From a virus (lineage: Duplodnaviria > Caudoviricetes), in IMG/VR virus record IMGVR_UViG_2511231028_000004, positions 8,448 through 72,447 of that record: a DNA stretch of 64,000 bases; one strand, written 5' to 3'. A program made the translations under genes and the position numbers. The notes beneath the pieces are model-generated. The model was given only the letters and a program-made list of their open reading frames with translations. It ran no database searches and had not been told where the DNA came from. Position 1 is the first letter of the stretch. Each line of letters starts with the position of its first letter. This document shows, in pieces, positions 1 to 8,185 of this stretch.

Positions 1-1243
1 CCTCGTTGAAGGGTTTTTGCGAGTTGCGCATCGTGGCGAGATGGACCGCGGCGACACGGCCTTCGTTCCCACCGGCCACGATCGTAGCCAGCGGCTCATT
101 CGCAGGTCGGGTCCGGGGATCGTGTCCCGGCTTTTCCATGTAGCGAGGGACCATCATCGGCGCGACGATGCAGAGGTCCGGCTTTCCTGTCTGCGTGATG
201 ATCGGTTCACCGGCGCCCTTCGCCTCGGTCTGCGCCGCGCGACCGCCGCAGCCAGCCAGCACCGGCGAGACGATTGCGAGCTCGCCTCGTTTGGCTGTGG
301 TGATGGTGCGCAGCGGCTCGTCTGCACTGTGTGTGCGCGGCGGTCCGCTATGGGTAATTGGCACGATGAAGGGCCGCGCGGCTTCGAGGACGTAACGATG
401 CGTTCCCTTGGCGACGCGTGCCATGGTGTTCTCGACGAGCGGGCGAATGGCGCGGATGCCGTACTTCGCCTTGATCTCTTTGGCGGTGTCGAAGATCGAC
501 GGGCAGGGCAGCGACCAGTCGATGCAGTCGGCGGCCGTCTTCCATGGTGTGAGAAGTCCAGCCGCGATCTTGGCGGCGTCCTCGGCTTCGTTTGGATTGC
601 CGCGCGTCGGTTCCGGCCAGACGATCGGCTCGCCGTCGCGGCGCATGATCATGTAGAGCCGCTTGCGGATCGTGGCGGCCTGCATCTTCCGGCCGGCGCG
701 CCAGGCGCGGCGCTCGCGCCATTCGACGACGTAGCCGAGCGCTTCCCATGAGGCGACGAATTGCTTGAAGATGACGCCCTTCTGGATCGGGCAGCGCTTC
801 CCTCCTTCGAGCAGCGGCGACCAGTCCTGGAACTCCTCGACGTTCTCGAGGAAGACGATGCGGGGCCGCTGCCATACCGGCAAGGCCTTGACCCAGCCGA
901 AGCAGGCCCAGGCGAGCCCGCGGATGTTCTTGTCGCGCGGCTTGCCGCCCTTCGCCTTGCTGTGGTCCTTGCAGTCCGGCGACATCCAGAGCATGCCGAC
1001 CGGCCGGCCATCGCACATGCTGATGGCGTCGATCGTGACGACGTCTTCGACGTAGTGCTCTGTCTTGGGATGGTTGATGCGGTGCATCGCCAGCGCGAAC
1101 TTGTCGTGATTAACGGCGATCGTGGGCGAAAAGCCGAGAGCGGCTTCGTGGCCTTCCGACGTTCCGCCGCCGCCCGCGAAGCTATCGATCGTAATCTCGT
1201 CGAGAAGTTCAAAACCCGTCAGATCGAGGCCGGTCCTTATCAT
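1..1243 (-). CDS. C5 DNA cytosine methyltransferase (3' end runs off the window)
   Basis: Hand translation from ATG at 1243 (overlapping the upstream stop): MIRTGLDL...DSFAGGG (motif I), WMSPDC (motif IV), FLENVEEF (motif VI); absent from the ORF track because its stop is outside the window. Confidence 0.9.
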   Translation of the reverse strand, partial: MIRTGLDLTGFELLDEITIDSFAGGGGTSEGHEAALGFSPTIAVNHDKFALAMHRINHPKTEHYVEDVVTIDAISMCDGRPVGMLWMSPDCKDHSKAKGGKPRDKNIRGLAWACFGWVKALPVWQRPRIVFLENVEEFQDWSPLLEGGKRCPIQKGVIFKQFVASWEALGYVVEWRERRAWRAGRKMQAATIRKRLYMIMRRDGEPIVWPEPTRGNPNEAEDAAKIAAGLLTPWKTAADCIDWSLPCPSIFDTAKEIKAKYGIRAIRPLVENTMARVAKGTHRYVLEAARPFIVPITHSGPPRTHSADEPLRTITTAKRGELAIVSPVLAGCGGRAAQTEAKGAGEPIITQTGKPDLCIVAPMMVPRYMEKPGHDPRTRPANEPLATIVAGGNEGRVAAVHLATMRNSQKPFNE

Positions 1244-1497
1244 TGACCTGCCTCGCACATCTCCATCGCCACCACATGCTCGGTCGCAACCTGCCTTGCA
1301 TCAGTGACCAGCGCGTGAACCTCGAAAGGCGCGTAGCCGAATGACGCCAGCACCATGATGGAATCGGAGTGGTCGACGAAGGCGCCGGTCTCGACAAGGC
1401 GCGAAGCCATTTCGGCGACCTTGGCGATGCGCTGGGCGCGGACGGCATCGAGGAAGAGGGAGCCGTCGATCAAGGGATGTATGGTGATGACGCTCAT
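1240..1497 (-). CDS. Hypothetical phage protein
   Basis: 3' part of ORF 1240..1806 (MSVITIHPL...); stop overlaps the MTase start; start approximate. Confidence 0.55.
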   Translation of the reverse strand: MSVITIHPLIDGSLFLDAVRAQRIAKVAEMASRLVETGAFVDHSDSIMVLASFGYAPFEVHALVTDARQVATEHVVAMEMCEAGQ

Positions 1498-1502
1498 CTG
1501 CA

Positions 1503-1718
1503 TCACGCCCAGAAGATTCGCGCGCAGTGGCAGCACACAACATCGCCGCAGGAGCCGATTGCATGGTGCCGCCCGTCCGGGCTGAGCGCGCAACGAGCGC
1601 TGGTGCCGAACGGATCCTCGATTGCGGCGATGACGTTGGCGATCTCGCGCTCGCCGACGAAACTGATGATGCTGGCAGGTCGCTCGGCGTGGCGGGCCGG
1701 TGTGCGGGCGATTTGCAT
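1503..1718 (-). CDS. Hypothetical phage protein
   Basis: 71-aa ORF in the leftward early operon. Confidence 0.4.
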   Translation of the reverse strand: MQIARTPARHAERPASIISFVGEREIANVIAAIEDPFGTSARCALSPDGRHHAIGSCGDVVCCHCARIFWA

Positions 1719-1802
1719 GGTAGTCGTCCCTCTGGCGGTTGAAGATCGCGAGGAGGGCGGCGGCGATACGCCACGTGCTGCCGCCCGGCCGCGCTGGTGA
1801 AC

Positions 1803-2261
1803 TCAAGCGAACTGGTTCCGGCTGTCGTGACGGGCATGGGCTGCGCGATACCCGCGATAGCCATTCCGCTTCGCGGCCGCGCGCTTGATGGCTTCGTCGA
1901 GCACGTCGCGTGTGGCCTGGTTGAAGAGATCAGGGTTGATGAAGCGTTCGCGCAGGCTCTTCTGCGCGGCGAAGGTTTTCGACATCGTCGCCACCAGGAT
2001 GCTGCGATCGAACGCCTCGATCGTCAGCATCGCCTTCGGCACCCACAGGGCGCGGCTGTAGATTCCACAGTCGGAGACGAGCAGGGCCTTCTCCGTTTGC
2101 CCATGGCGCACCAGCACCAGGGCCGTCCTGCCGGGGCTGGTCGCCAGGACGGCCCTTCGGCCACAGCCGCGAGTTGCTATCCCCGCGGTGAAGGTGTCGA
2201 TGGAATGGGCGATGTTACGCATGACGCTACTTTCCTTGCGCTTGTGATGAAGCTTGATCAT
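1803..2261 (-). CDS. Hypothetical phage protein
   Basis: 152-aa ORF chained to its neighbours by start/stop overlap. Confidence 0.55.
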   Translation of the reverse strand: MIKLHHKRKESSVMRNIAHSIDTFTAGIATRGCGRRAVLATSPGRTALVLVRHGQTEKALLVSDCGIYSRALWVPKAMLTIEAFDRSILVATMSKTFAAQKSLRERFINPDLFNQATRDVLDEAIKRAAAKRNGYRGYRAAHARHDSRNQFA

Positions 2262-2473
2262 GCGACCTCCAAGAGGTCGCGGCGCGCATGAAAGCCCGAA
2301 AGCTTGCAGGCGAGATCATGCAACGCTTGGGATTTGTCTTGATGCTTGGTGACGCACGCTGTCGTGTATCGATCGGGGCGCGCCTCGTAATAGTCAGCCT
2401 GTGACTGGCGTCGGCTGATCGCCATGTCGAGGGCTTCGAGGAGCAGCTGAAGTTCGGCGACGGTCAGGGTCAT
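2258..2473 (-). CDS. Hypothetical phage protein
   Basis: 71-aa ORF with 4-nt overlaps on both sides. Confidence 0.6.
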   Translation of the reverse strand: MTLTVAELQLLLEALDMAISRRQSQADYYEARPDRYTTACVTKHQDKSQALHDLACKLSGFHARRDLLEVA

Positions 2474-2958
2474 GCCGCCTCGTCCTGCAAAGCCGGCAGC
2501 GACCGCAGCTCGGCCGACGCGAGTAGCCAGTTAATGTGCAGCGCCTCGAAAATGGCGGGCTCAGACGCAGCGGCGCCGCGCCGGAAGGCGCTGAGCACTT
2601 CCTGCTCGATCGACGCGATGGTTTCGCGGGTTTCTTGATAGCGGCGCTGAGCGGCGCGCTGCGCGATGTCGGCCAGCCGGCATTTGTCGATCAGGTTGTC
2701 GCGCTGGACGACGGCCCAAATTTGATCCCAGATCGCCGATTGCGCCTTCGACGTCCGATCGAGCGCGCGGTGTTCGTCGCGGCGGGTATCTTTTTTGGCC
2801 GTGACGGGATTTGAGTGGATGACGTCCTCGGGCTGGCCGTGTCGATCAAGCCAGACGTGGAAACGGCGATCGCCGATCGTCCAGTGAATCGTCGGCTGCC
2901 CGCCGATCCCGCCGGTATGGACGTGGATGTCCTCGATCTTCGGCTTGGCGGACGGCAT
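2470..2958 (-). CDS. Hypothetical protein, first gene of the leftward (PL-like) operon
   Basis: 162-aa ORF just downstream of the operator pair 2992-3041. Confidence 0.65.
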   Translation of the reverse strand: MPSAKPKIEDIHVHTGGIGGQPTIHWTIGDRRFHVWLDRHGQPEDVIHSNPVTAKKDTRRDEHRALDRTSKAQSAIWDQIWAVVQRDNLIDKCRLADIAQRAAQRRYQETRETIASIEQEVLSAFRRGAAASEPAIFEALHINWLLASAELRSLPALQDEAA

Positions 2959-2991
2959 GGAAGGCTCCCGTGAAGTGGTTCACGGGAAGAT

Positions 2992-3041
2992 ATTTCCCAC
3001 AGAAATAATCTGCCGTCAATAAAAACATTTCTGTGGGAAAT
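2992..3041 (-). promoter_or_regulatory. Left operator pair and PL-like promoter
   Basis: ATTTCCCACAGAAAT (2992-3006) and its exact inverse ATTTCTGTGGGAAAT (3027-3041), flanking a minus-strand TTGAC. Confidence 0.75.
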
Positions 3042-3087
3042 GTCATCGGGCGCACAGCGCCATCGAGCCGATTTTTGGCTGCGCAGG

Positions 3088-3393
3088 TTAGGCCCGCAGG
3101 CGCTGTTTCTGAAGGATCGCTTCCTGGGCTTTGGGCGAGAGCTTCTTGAGCGCGTCCAGCTCCGCCTTTCGCGGGAGCGGACGGTAGAAGTCGTTGATCG
3201 TGACCTTCAGGTGTTCGGAAATCCGCAGCAAATAAAGCACGTTAACGTTGGGCTTCCGGTTGGCGATGATGTTGGAAACATAGCCTTGGCTGCATCCCGC
3301 GATCTTGGCCGCCTCCGTCACGTCCAACTCGAAAAAGTCGAGCCACTGGCCGAGAAACATCTGCGGAAGGTCTTCGTCATCATGCTTGCCCAT
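3088..3393 (-). CDS. XRE-family HTH repressor (cI-like)
   Basis: LDVTEAAKIAGCSQGYVSNIIANRKPNVNVLYLLRIS helix-turn-helix; divergent from a cro-like gene; start approximate. Confidence 0.8.
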   Translation of the reverse strand: MGKHDDEDLPQMFLGQWLDFFELDVTEAAKIAGCSQGYVSNIIANRKPNVNVLYLLRISEHLKVTINDFYRPLPRKAELDALKKLSPKAQEAILQKQRLRA

Positions 3394-3427
3394 GAGCCAT
3401 TTTAGGATGCTCGGCACCGGCGCCGAC

Positions 3428-3480
3428 GTTTCCCGGAGAAATATTGCGGCTTGACTGGAATCATTTCCGGGGGAAATACT
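3428..3480 (+). promoter_or_regulatory. Right operator pair and PR-like promoter
   Basis: GTTTCCCGGAGAAAT (3428-3442) and ATTTCCGGGGGAAAT (3463-3477); TTGACT -35 at 3451 and AATACT -10-like at 3475. Confidence 0.75.
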
Positions 3481-3487
3481 CTCACCC

Positions 3488-3703
3488 ATGTCTGATTCGC
3501 ACCCGATGCTCCGCTGGGCGGCCGAGAACGGCAAAACCGTCAAGGAATTGGCGGCCGCGGCGGGCTGTTCGGACTCGCACATGCGAAACATATTCGCGGG
3601 CCGCAAGGAAGCGTCTCTTCGGATGGCTGTGCGTCTGAGCGAGTTCTCGGGTGGGGTGGTGCCGGCTGATGCCTTCTTGCGACCCGAAGGAGCCCGCGCA
3701 TGA
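3488..3703 (+). CDS. Cro-like HTH regulator
   Basis: TVKELAAAAGCSDSHMRNIFAGRKEASLRMAVRLSE helix-turn-helix, divergent from the repressor. Confidence 0.85.
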   Translation: MSDSHPMLRWAAENGKTVKELAAAAGCSDSHMRNIFAGRKEASLRMAVRLSEFSGGVVPADAFLRPEGARA

Positions 3704-3864
3704 CGCCGCACGGGAAAGCGAACCACTGTACCCATACTCAACCCCCGCTTGTTCTTGCTTGTTTGTCCTATCCTGATGGGGGCAACAGGAACCTTCAACA
3801 GAAATCTTCACATATCCGTCAAAGTGCGGAGGATGTGTCCCGGGACGAAACAGGTTTTGCGCGC

Positions 3865-3966
3865 TCAGGTTGCGCAGCCGCGCAGGAGCGTCAGGCCGAG
3901 CGCGACCACGATCAGCGCCGCCATGCAGATCAGCGTGCGATAGCCGGTACGGTTGATGCGCTTCAT
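3865..3966 (-). CDS. Putative 33-aa single-TM peptide
   Basis: MKRINRTGYRTLICMAALIVVALGLTLLRGCAT, GC3-rich codons; below the ORF-track size cutoff. Confidence 0.4.
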   Translation of the reverse strand: MKRINRTGYRTLICMAALIVVALGLTLLRGCAT

Positions 3967-4055
3967 GAGAATTTCCCGACAGGAACAGTGCAGCGTTGCG
4001 GAGCCGTGCTGCAAGTTCGATCGACAGCGTCGCGTTGCGTGAGAGGTGCGTCAGA

Positions 4056-4328
4056 ATGTCCATGGCCGAATCGTGCACATTGCCGCCGGTGCGGCCAAGG
4101 AGAACACGAAGAAATCGATTTCTTCGAAACCTCCGGCAAGAAAATCTTCCTCCATTCGGACGCGTCTGCGTCGCGCTATTCGGCATCGACAAGCCCGGTC
4201 TCGCGCTCGCGCAGAAGGCCGGCTGCACAACGCGCCAGGCTGATCTGTACATCGACGGCAGCACGCCGCCTTCTTACGAAGCGCTCATGGTCGTGCTCGA
4301 CGAGCTGCGGCCTCGGCGGCGCGGTTGA
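4056..4328 (+). CDS. Putative HTH regulator (cII position)
   Basis: GLALAQKAGCTTRQADLYIDG resembles an HTH; located after cro. Confidence 0.5.
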   Translation: MSMAESCTLPPVRPRRTRRNRFLRNLRQENLPPFGRVCVALFGIDKPGLALAQKAGCTTRQADLYIDGSTPPSYEALMVVLDELRPRRRG

Positions 4329-4333
4329 GATAA

Positions 4334-5088
4334 TTGACGGCCGGCATGCCCGGGGGAATGCAAATGTCGGCGACCGGATCGGCCGTACCCGGCGTCCCGC
4401 CCATCCGATGGATACGATATCCGGAGGTCCGACAGGCCCGTCATTCGAATGCCGTAGCGAAAGCAACCAGAGGCAAGTCCGATCGGCTGGCAAGCCACAT
4501 GGGCCCCGTAAGACCACGGTCAATCCCGGTCGGAAGGTTGTGAGTAGGCGCGACTGCCGCGCAGCAGTCTGCCCGCGGGGTGATGAGCCCCGCGGTTCAA
4601 TTCGGGAATACCCCAGAGGCGTCAGGTACAGCTCGCAAGGCTCCCTGCGGAAAGGCCGTACGCACCTCGGTGCCGATGACCGATCCCTCGCGGCACTCAG
4701 TGCGCGCCTCGACCTTTTTGCAGGGTGGAGCAGCCCGGTAGCTCGCAAGGCTCATAACCTTGAGGCCGTCAGTTCGAATCTGACCCCTGCAACCAATTTT
4801 CGCGGTGAGGCGGGCGGCGACGCTCGCAAACAACCATCTATGGCAACGCGGCTGATGCCACCGCGCCCGCGGAGCGAGATTTCAGTTTGGGCCGCCGTAG
4901 CTACAGCAGGTGCACCACGCGGGACTGCTGCATCCCGGCTCGCTTCAGCGGGCGCGGCCCAATTCAGTTCGGACGACGGCCTTGGCATCCATCAGCCCGG
5001 GTCAATGACACGGGGTACCAGAGCAAAGGTTCAAACTCCGTCGGGAAGGGCGCGTGATCGCGCTATGTGCCCCGCCGTCGTCCGGAGC
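4334..5088 (+). ncRNA. Candidate large structured ncRNA enclosing a tRNA
   Basis: No credible CDS; many nested perfect stems (4546-52/4703-09, 4573-80/4588-95, 4801-07/4859-65, 4887-95/4954-62, 4970-80/5074-84) and GNRA/UUCA-type loops. Confidence 0.55.
4719..4795 (+). tRNA. Phage tRNA-Met(CAT), initiator-type scaffold, CCA encoded
   Basis: TGCAGGG/CCCTGCA acceptor, GAGC/GCTC D stem, CAAGG-CTCATAA-CCTTG anticodon arm, GTCAG-TTCGAAT-CTGAC T arm, ACCA end. Confidence 0.92.
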
Positions 5089-5105
5089 TTTGCGGGGAGG
5101 GCGGC

Positions 5106-5633
5106 ATGAGCGAGGCCGACGGCGATATCAAGTTCGAGCCGGCCAACATGGGTCAGGCACTCGGCGTCCTGGTCGATGTCGTCGGCTGCTACATCAGCGC
5201 CGCGCACACGGCGGCATTTGCCGACGATCGCAAGAAGTCCGCGCAGGTCAACCTTACACTGTTCCTGCACGGCCTCTGCATGCGCTCGAAGTACAAGGCC
5301 GAGACGGCCGACATCCTGGACATGGTCAGCGCTGAGCTTCGCAGGTCGACGCAAGAGGAAGCGGGCGCCGATGCAATGACCGCTGATCTCTTGAAGCCAA
5401 ACGGCAATGACGGCGTGGTCAATGCCGAGATCTGCTTCGGTTCACTCCTGCTCGTCGGCGACGTCGACGTCTCCCCGGAGATGGTCGCGACATGGGCGCA
5501 GGATCAGATGGACCTCGCCTATGACTGGGCGATGCGCGTTCATCTGCATGCCAGCGACAACAACGACGTCTTCGTCCCCGAGCGACCCGACTTCATTCCG
5601 AGATCCGTGAGGCCATCCAGCACCGATAGCTGA
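5106..5633 (+). CDS. Hypothetical phage protein
   Basis: GGGGAGG Shine-Dalgarno before ATG 5106; typical codon usage. Confidence 0.65.
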   Translation: MSEADGDIKFEPANMGQALGVLVDVVGCYISAAHTAAFADDRKKSAQVNLTLFLHGLCMRSKYKAETADILDMVSAELRRSTQEEAGADAMTADLLKPNGNDGVVNAEICFGSLLLVGDVDVSPEMVATWAQDQMDLAYDWAMRVHLHASDNNDVFVPERPDFIPRSVRPSSTDS

Positions 5634-5752
5634 AATCCTCGCGCCCAGTTCAAGTAAGCGTCACCAGCGTATCCCGACATCACCCGCAATTGCACCCGTC
5701 CGGTCACTTCCGGACGTGAGCCTCTGCGTCCCTGCAACAGGAGGGCATCTCG

Positions 5753-5992
5753 ATGCTTGCCGACCAGTCGTTGCTTCACGCCGCCATTACCGCGTGCCTG
5801 GTTCACGTCCAGGTCGGTTCGCTGGTGTGGTTCTGGGTCTATTGCCGCGGGCGCCTGGTGCACGTCTACGCGACCGAGCTGACCGGCGCCGGCGACGTGC
5901 TCGACTTCATCGGCAACGCCCTGATCACGCTGGTGCTGATCTGTGGCTGGCCGTTCATGCTGATCGCGCTTCGCAAGGGCAAGCTGCAATGA
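5753..5992 (+). CDS. Small membrane protein
   Basis: 79 aa with two hydrophobic segments; GGAGG upstream. Confidence 0.6.
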   Translation: MLADQSLLHAAITACLVHVQVGSLVWFWVYCRGRLVHVYATELTGAGDVLDFIGNALITLVLICGWPFMLIALRKGKLQ

Positions 5993-6150
5993 CGAGCGCC
6001 GAACACGAGCGGCGCAGGCTGATCGAGCGCAATGCCTTGCGCGGCTATCGCGCCATGCCATCGGGTCCGTCCAAGGCGGATATGCAGCGCGATCTTGAGC
6101 AGGCCGTCCGCAACACCGCAGCGACTCCTGCGAAGGAGGAGCAAACATGA
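5989..6150 (+). CDS. Hypothetical phage protein
   Basis: MTSAEHERRR..., ATGA overlaps on both sides. Confidence 0.55.
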   Translation: MTSAEHERRRLIERNALRGYRAMPSGPSKADMQRDLEQAVRNTAATPAKEEQT

Positions 6151-6482
6151 TCCGCATCATCGACATCCTGGCGGCGCTGCTGCCCGTCATTCTCATCGTG
6201 ATCGCGCTGCTGCTGGTATGCGCGGTACGGATCGTCCGCCGAGGGGCCGCGTCCAGGTCTTCGCTTTCCGCGGCAGCGGACGATCCGTTCTTCTTTCCGT
6301 TCGGCGAGGTGCCGACCCTACCGCGCGAGCGCCAGATGGTGGCGCGCGACTTCCGTGCGTGGGGCATTCCTCTGCGCACCAAGCCTTCCGCAGGCGCCCT
6401 CCGGCGGAACGAGAACGGCGGCCGTCCCTCCTCCCTCTCGAGGACGGCCGTCGTTCTCACTTTTCGCAAGAGAGGTGCGTGA
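6147..6482 (+). CDS. Hypothetical membrane-anchored protein
   Basis: N-terminal hydrophobic helix; coupled start. Confidence 0.5.
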   Translation: MIRIIDILAALLPVILIVIALLLVCAVRIVRRGAASRSSLSAAADDPFFFPFGEVPTLPRERQMVARDFRAWGIPLRTKPSAGALRRNENGGRPSSLSRTAVVLTFRKRGA

Positions 6483-6817
6483 TGCAGCAACACCTCACCC
6501 GCATCGAGCAGGCCAACCTCATCGCGGGCCACGCCGTCTCCTACGCCACCGCCTATCTCGACGGGCGCCACAATGCGCAGCAGCTCGGCGACAACGCCGA
6601 CCGGCTTTTCCTCGATCTCCTGGTGGTCGAGACACCCGAGACCAGCACCTTCCTCATCCCGGTGCAGCTTCTCGTCATCACCATGATGCGCACGGCGAAG
6701 TGCGCGCGCGATCTCTCGCAATGGCCGTCGCGGGAGGATCGTTGGCAGTCCGTCATCGCTTCCCTTGTCGAGCTCGTCACCCACGAAAGCCGCCATCTTA
6801 CGAAGGACCGCGCATGA
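6482..6817 (+). CDS. Hypothetical phage protein
   Basis: MQQHLTRIEQ..., coupled start after GAGGTG. Confidence 0.65.
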   Translation: MQQHLTRIEQANLIAGHAVSYATAYLDGRHNAQQLGDNADRLFLDLLVVETPETSTFLIPVQLLVITMMRTAKCARDLSQWPSREDRWQSVIASLVELVTHESRHLTKDRA

Positions 6818-7149
6818 AGCCGCTCTCTCAGTCGCTGACGGAGCTGATCGTCTTCACCGAGGAAGTGGTGACGAAGCCGGCGCGCCATCATGGCCTTGCC
6901 GCCGATTTGCGGTTCACTTCGCTCGCCCAGGAGATCCGCGCCGCCGACCGTCGCCCCGCCAGCGAAGGCGTCCGCTGCACCCATGCCGGCATGGCGATCG
7001 TGGCCAGTACCGAAGGCTTTTTCGCCGGCGACATGGACCCGGGCTCGCGCTGGCTCGCCGCGATCGGCGCGCTCCTGCCGGCGCTGCGCGTCGAGGCCTG
7101 GCAGCAGGTGAAGAACGAGAAGGCGGCGACGCAGGAGACGCGGCGATGA
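6814..7149 (+). CDS. Hypothetical phage protein
   Basis: MKPLSQSL..., ATGA overlaps. Confidence 0.6.
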   Translation: MKPLSQSLTELIVFTEEVVTKPARHHGLAADLRFTSLAQEIRAADRRPASEGVRCTHAGMAIVASTEGFFAGDMDPGSRWLAAIGALLPALRVEAWQQVKNEKAATQETRR

Positions 7150-7571
7150 GCGTGCAGATCACCCACTATTCCGGCATTGATGGTACGCCGGCGGTCGCCT
7201 TGGCGCTGCGCGGCCAATACGAAATGATCAATGACGGCGGCGAGCAGGCCGTCGGCTTGCATCACAGCTACAATGGCATCTTGGCGTCTATCGATGGCAA
7301 GGCCGTTGGCGTCATCATCTGGTTCGAACAGAAGGACAGCCACCGGCTTTGGCTCCAGCTCGGCTATGTCCTGCCGGAGCATCGCCGGAACGGCATCTAC
7401 AATATGCTTTGGGATCAGTTGGTCGACAAGGCGCGAAAGCTGGGGGCCTCTGCGATCTGGAGCGGCACGGCGATCGGCAACGATGCGATGCGGGCCGTCG
7501 CGCGCAAACAGGGCCGGAAGGAAATCGCGGTCAGCCTGAAGTTCGACGTGCCGGAGCTGGCTCGACAATGA
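7146..7571 (+). CDS. GNAT-family acetyltransferase
   Basis: LGYVLPEHRRNGIYNMLW acetyl-CoA-binding motif A, followed by GNDAMRAV. Confidence 0.8.
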   Translation: MSVQITHYSGIDGTPAVALALRGQYEMINDGGEQAVGLHHSYNGILASIDGKAVGVIIWFEQKDSHRLWLQLGYVLPEHRRNGIYNMLWDQLVDKARKLGASAIWSGTAIGNDAMRAVARKQGRKEIAVSLKFDVPELARQ

Positions 7572-8185
7572 GCCCGCAAGCCCAGCCGCAGGCACAGGCC
7601 TATCCCCTGAATTGGCCGTCCGGCTTCCCGCGCTGGAAGCACGGCCGCGGCGCCGGCACATTCAAGACCAACTTCGAGACGGCGCTTCGCAACGTCAAGA
7701 AGAGCCTCGAGCTGTTCGCCAAGGACAGCGGCAAGAAGATCGAAAATCCGATTCTGTCGAGCAACATCGACTTCAACCCGCTAACCCACAACACCGGCAC
7801 CCGCCCGGCTGATCCCGGCGTCGCGGTCTGGTTTGCCTGGGACGGTCTTCAGGTCTGCATCGCGGTCGACCGCTATGACAGCCCGGCGGCGAATCTGCAG
7901 GCAATCCACCACATCATCGAAGCCCGCCGCGTTGAGCTGCGCCACGGCACGCTCGCGCTGGTGCGCGCGACCTTCTCCGGCTTCCAGGCGCTGCCGGCGC
8001 CGAAGGGCAAGCACTGGCGGGATATTCTGGAGATCGGCCATGGCGTGCTCGTCACCAAGGGCGCGATCGAGGGCAACTACAAGCGCCTGGCGCAGGCCTA
8101 TCACCCCGACCGCGAAGGCGGATCGATCGACAAGATGTCCGAGCTCAACGCCGCGCGCGATGCGGCCATCGCGGAGATCGGGTGA
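7568..8185 (+). CDS. Phage protein with a C-terminal J-domain (DnaJ-like)
   Basis: WRDILEI...YKRLAQAYHPDREGGS...MSELNAARD, with the HPD motif. Confidence 0.85.
   Translation: MSPQAQPQAQAYPLNWPSGFPRWKHGRGAGTFKTNFETALRNVKKSLELFAKDSGKKIENPILSSNIDFNPLTHNTGTRPADPGVAVWFAWDGLQVCIAVDRYDSPAANLQAIHHIIEARRVELRHGTLALVRATFSGFQALPAPKGKHWRDILEIGHGVLVTKGAIEGNYKRLAQAYHPDREGGSIDKMSELNAARDAAIAEIG

Noticed and set aside
3700-5109. 469-aa ORF spanning the cII-like gene, the tRNA and the structured region
   Set aside because: Low-complexity Arg/Ser/Ala translation with no motifs; it overlaps a bona fide tRNA and a better ORF. Only a short 5' part could be real
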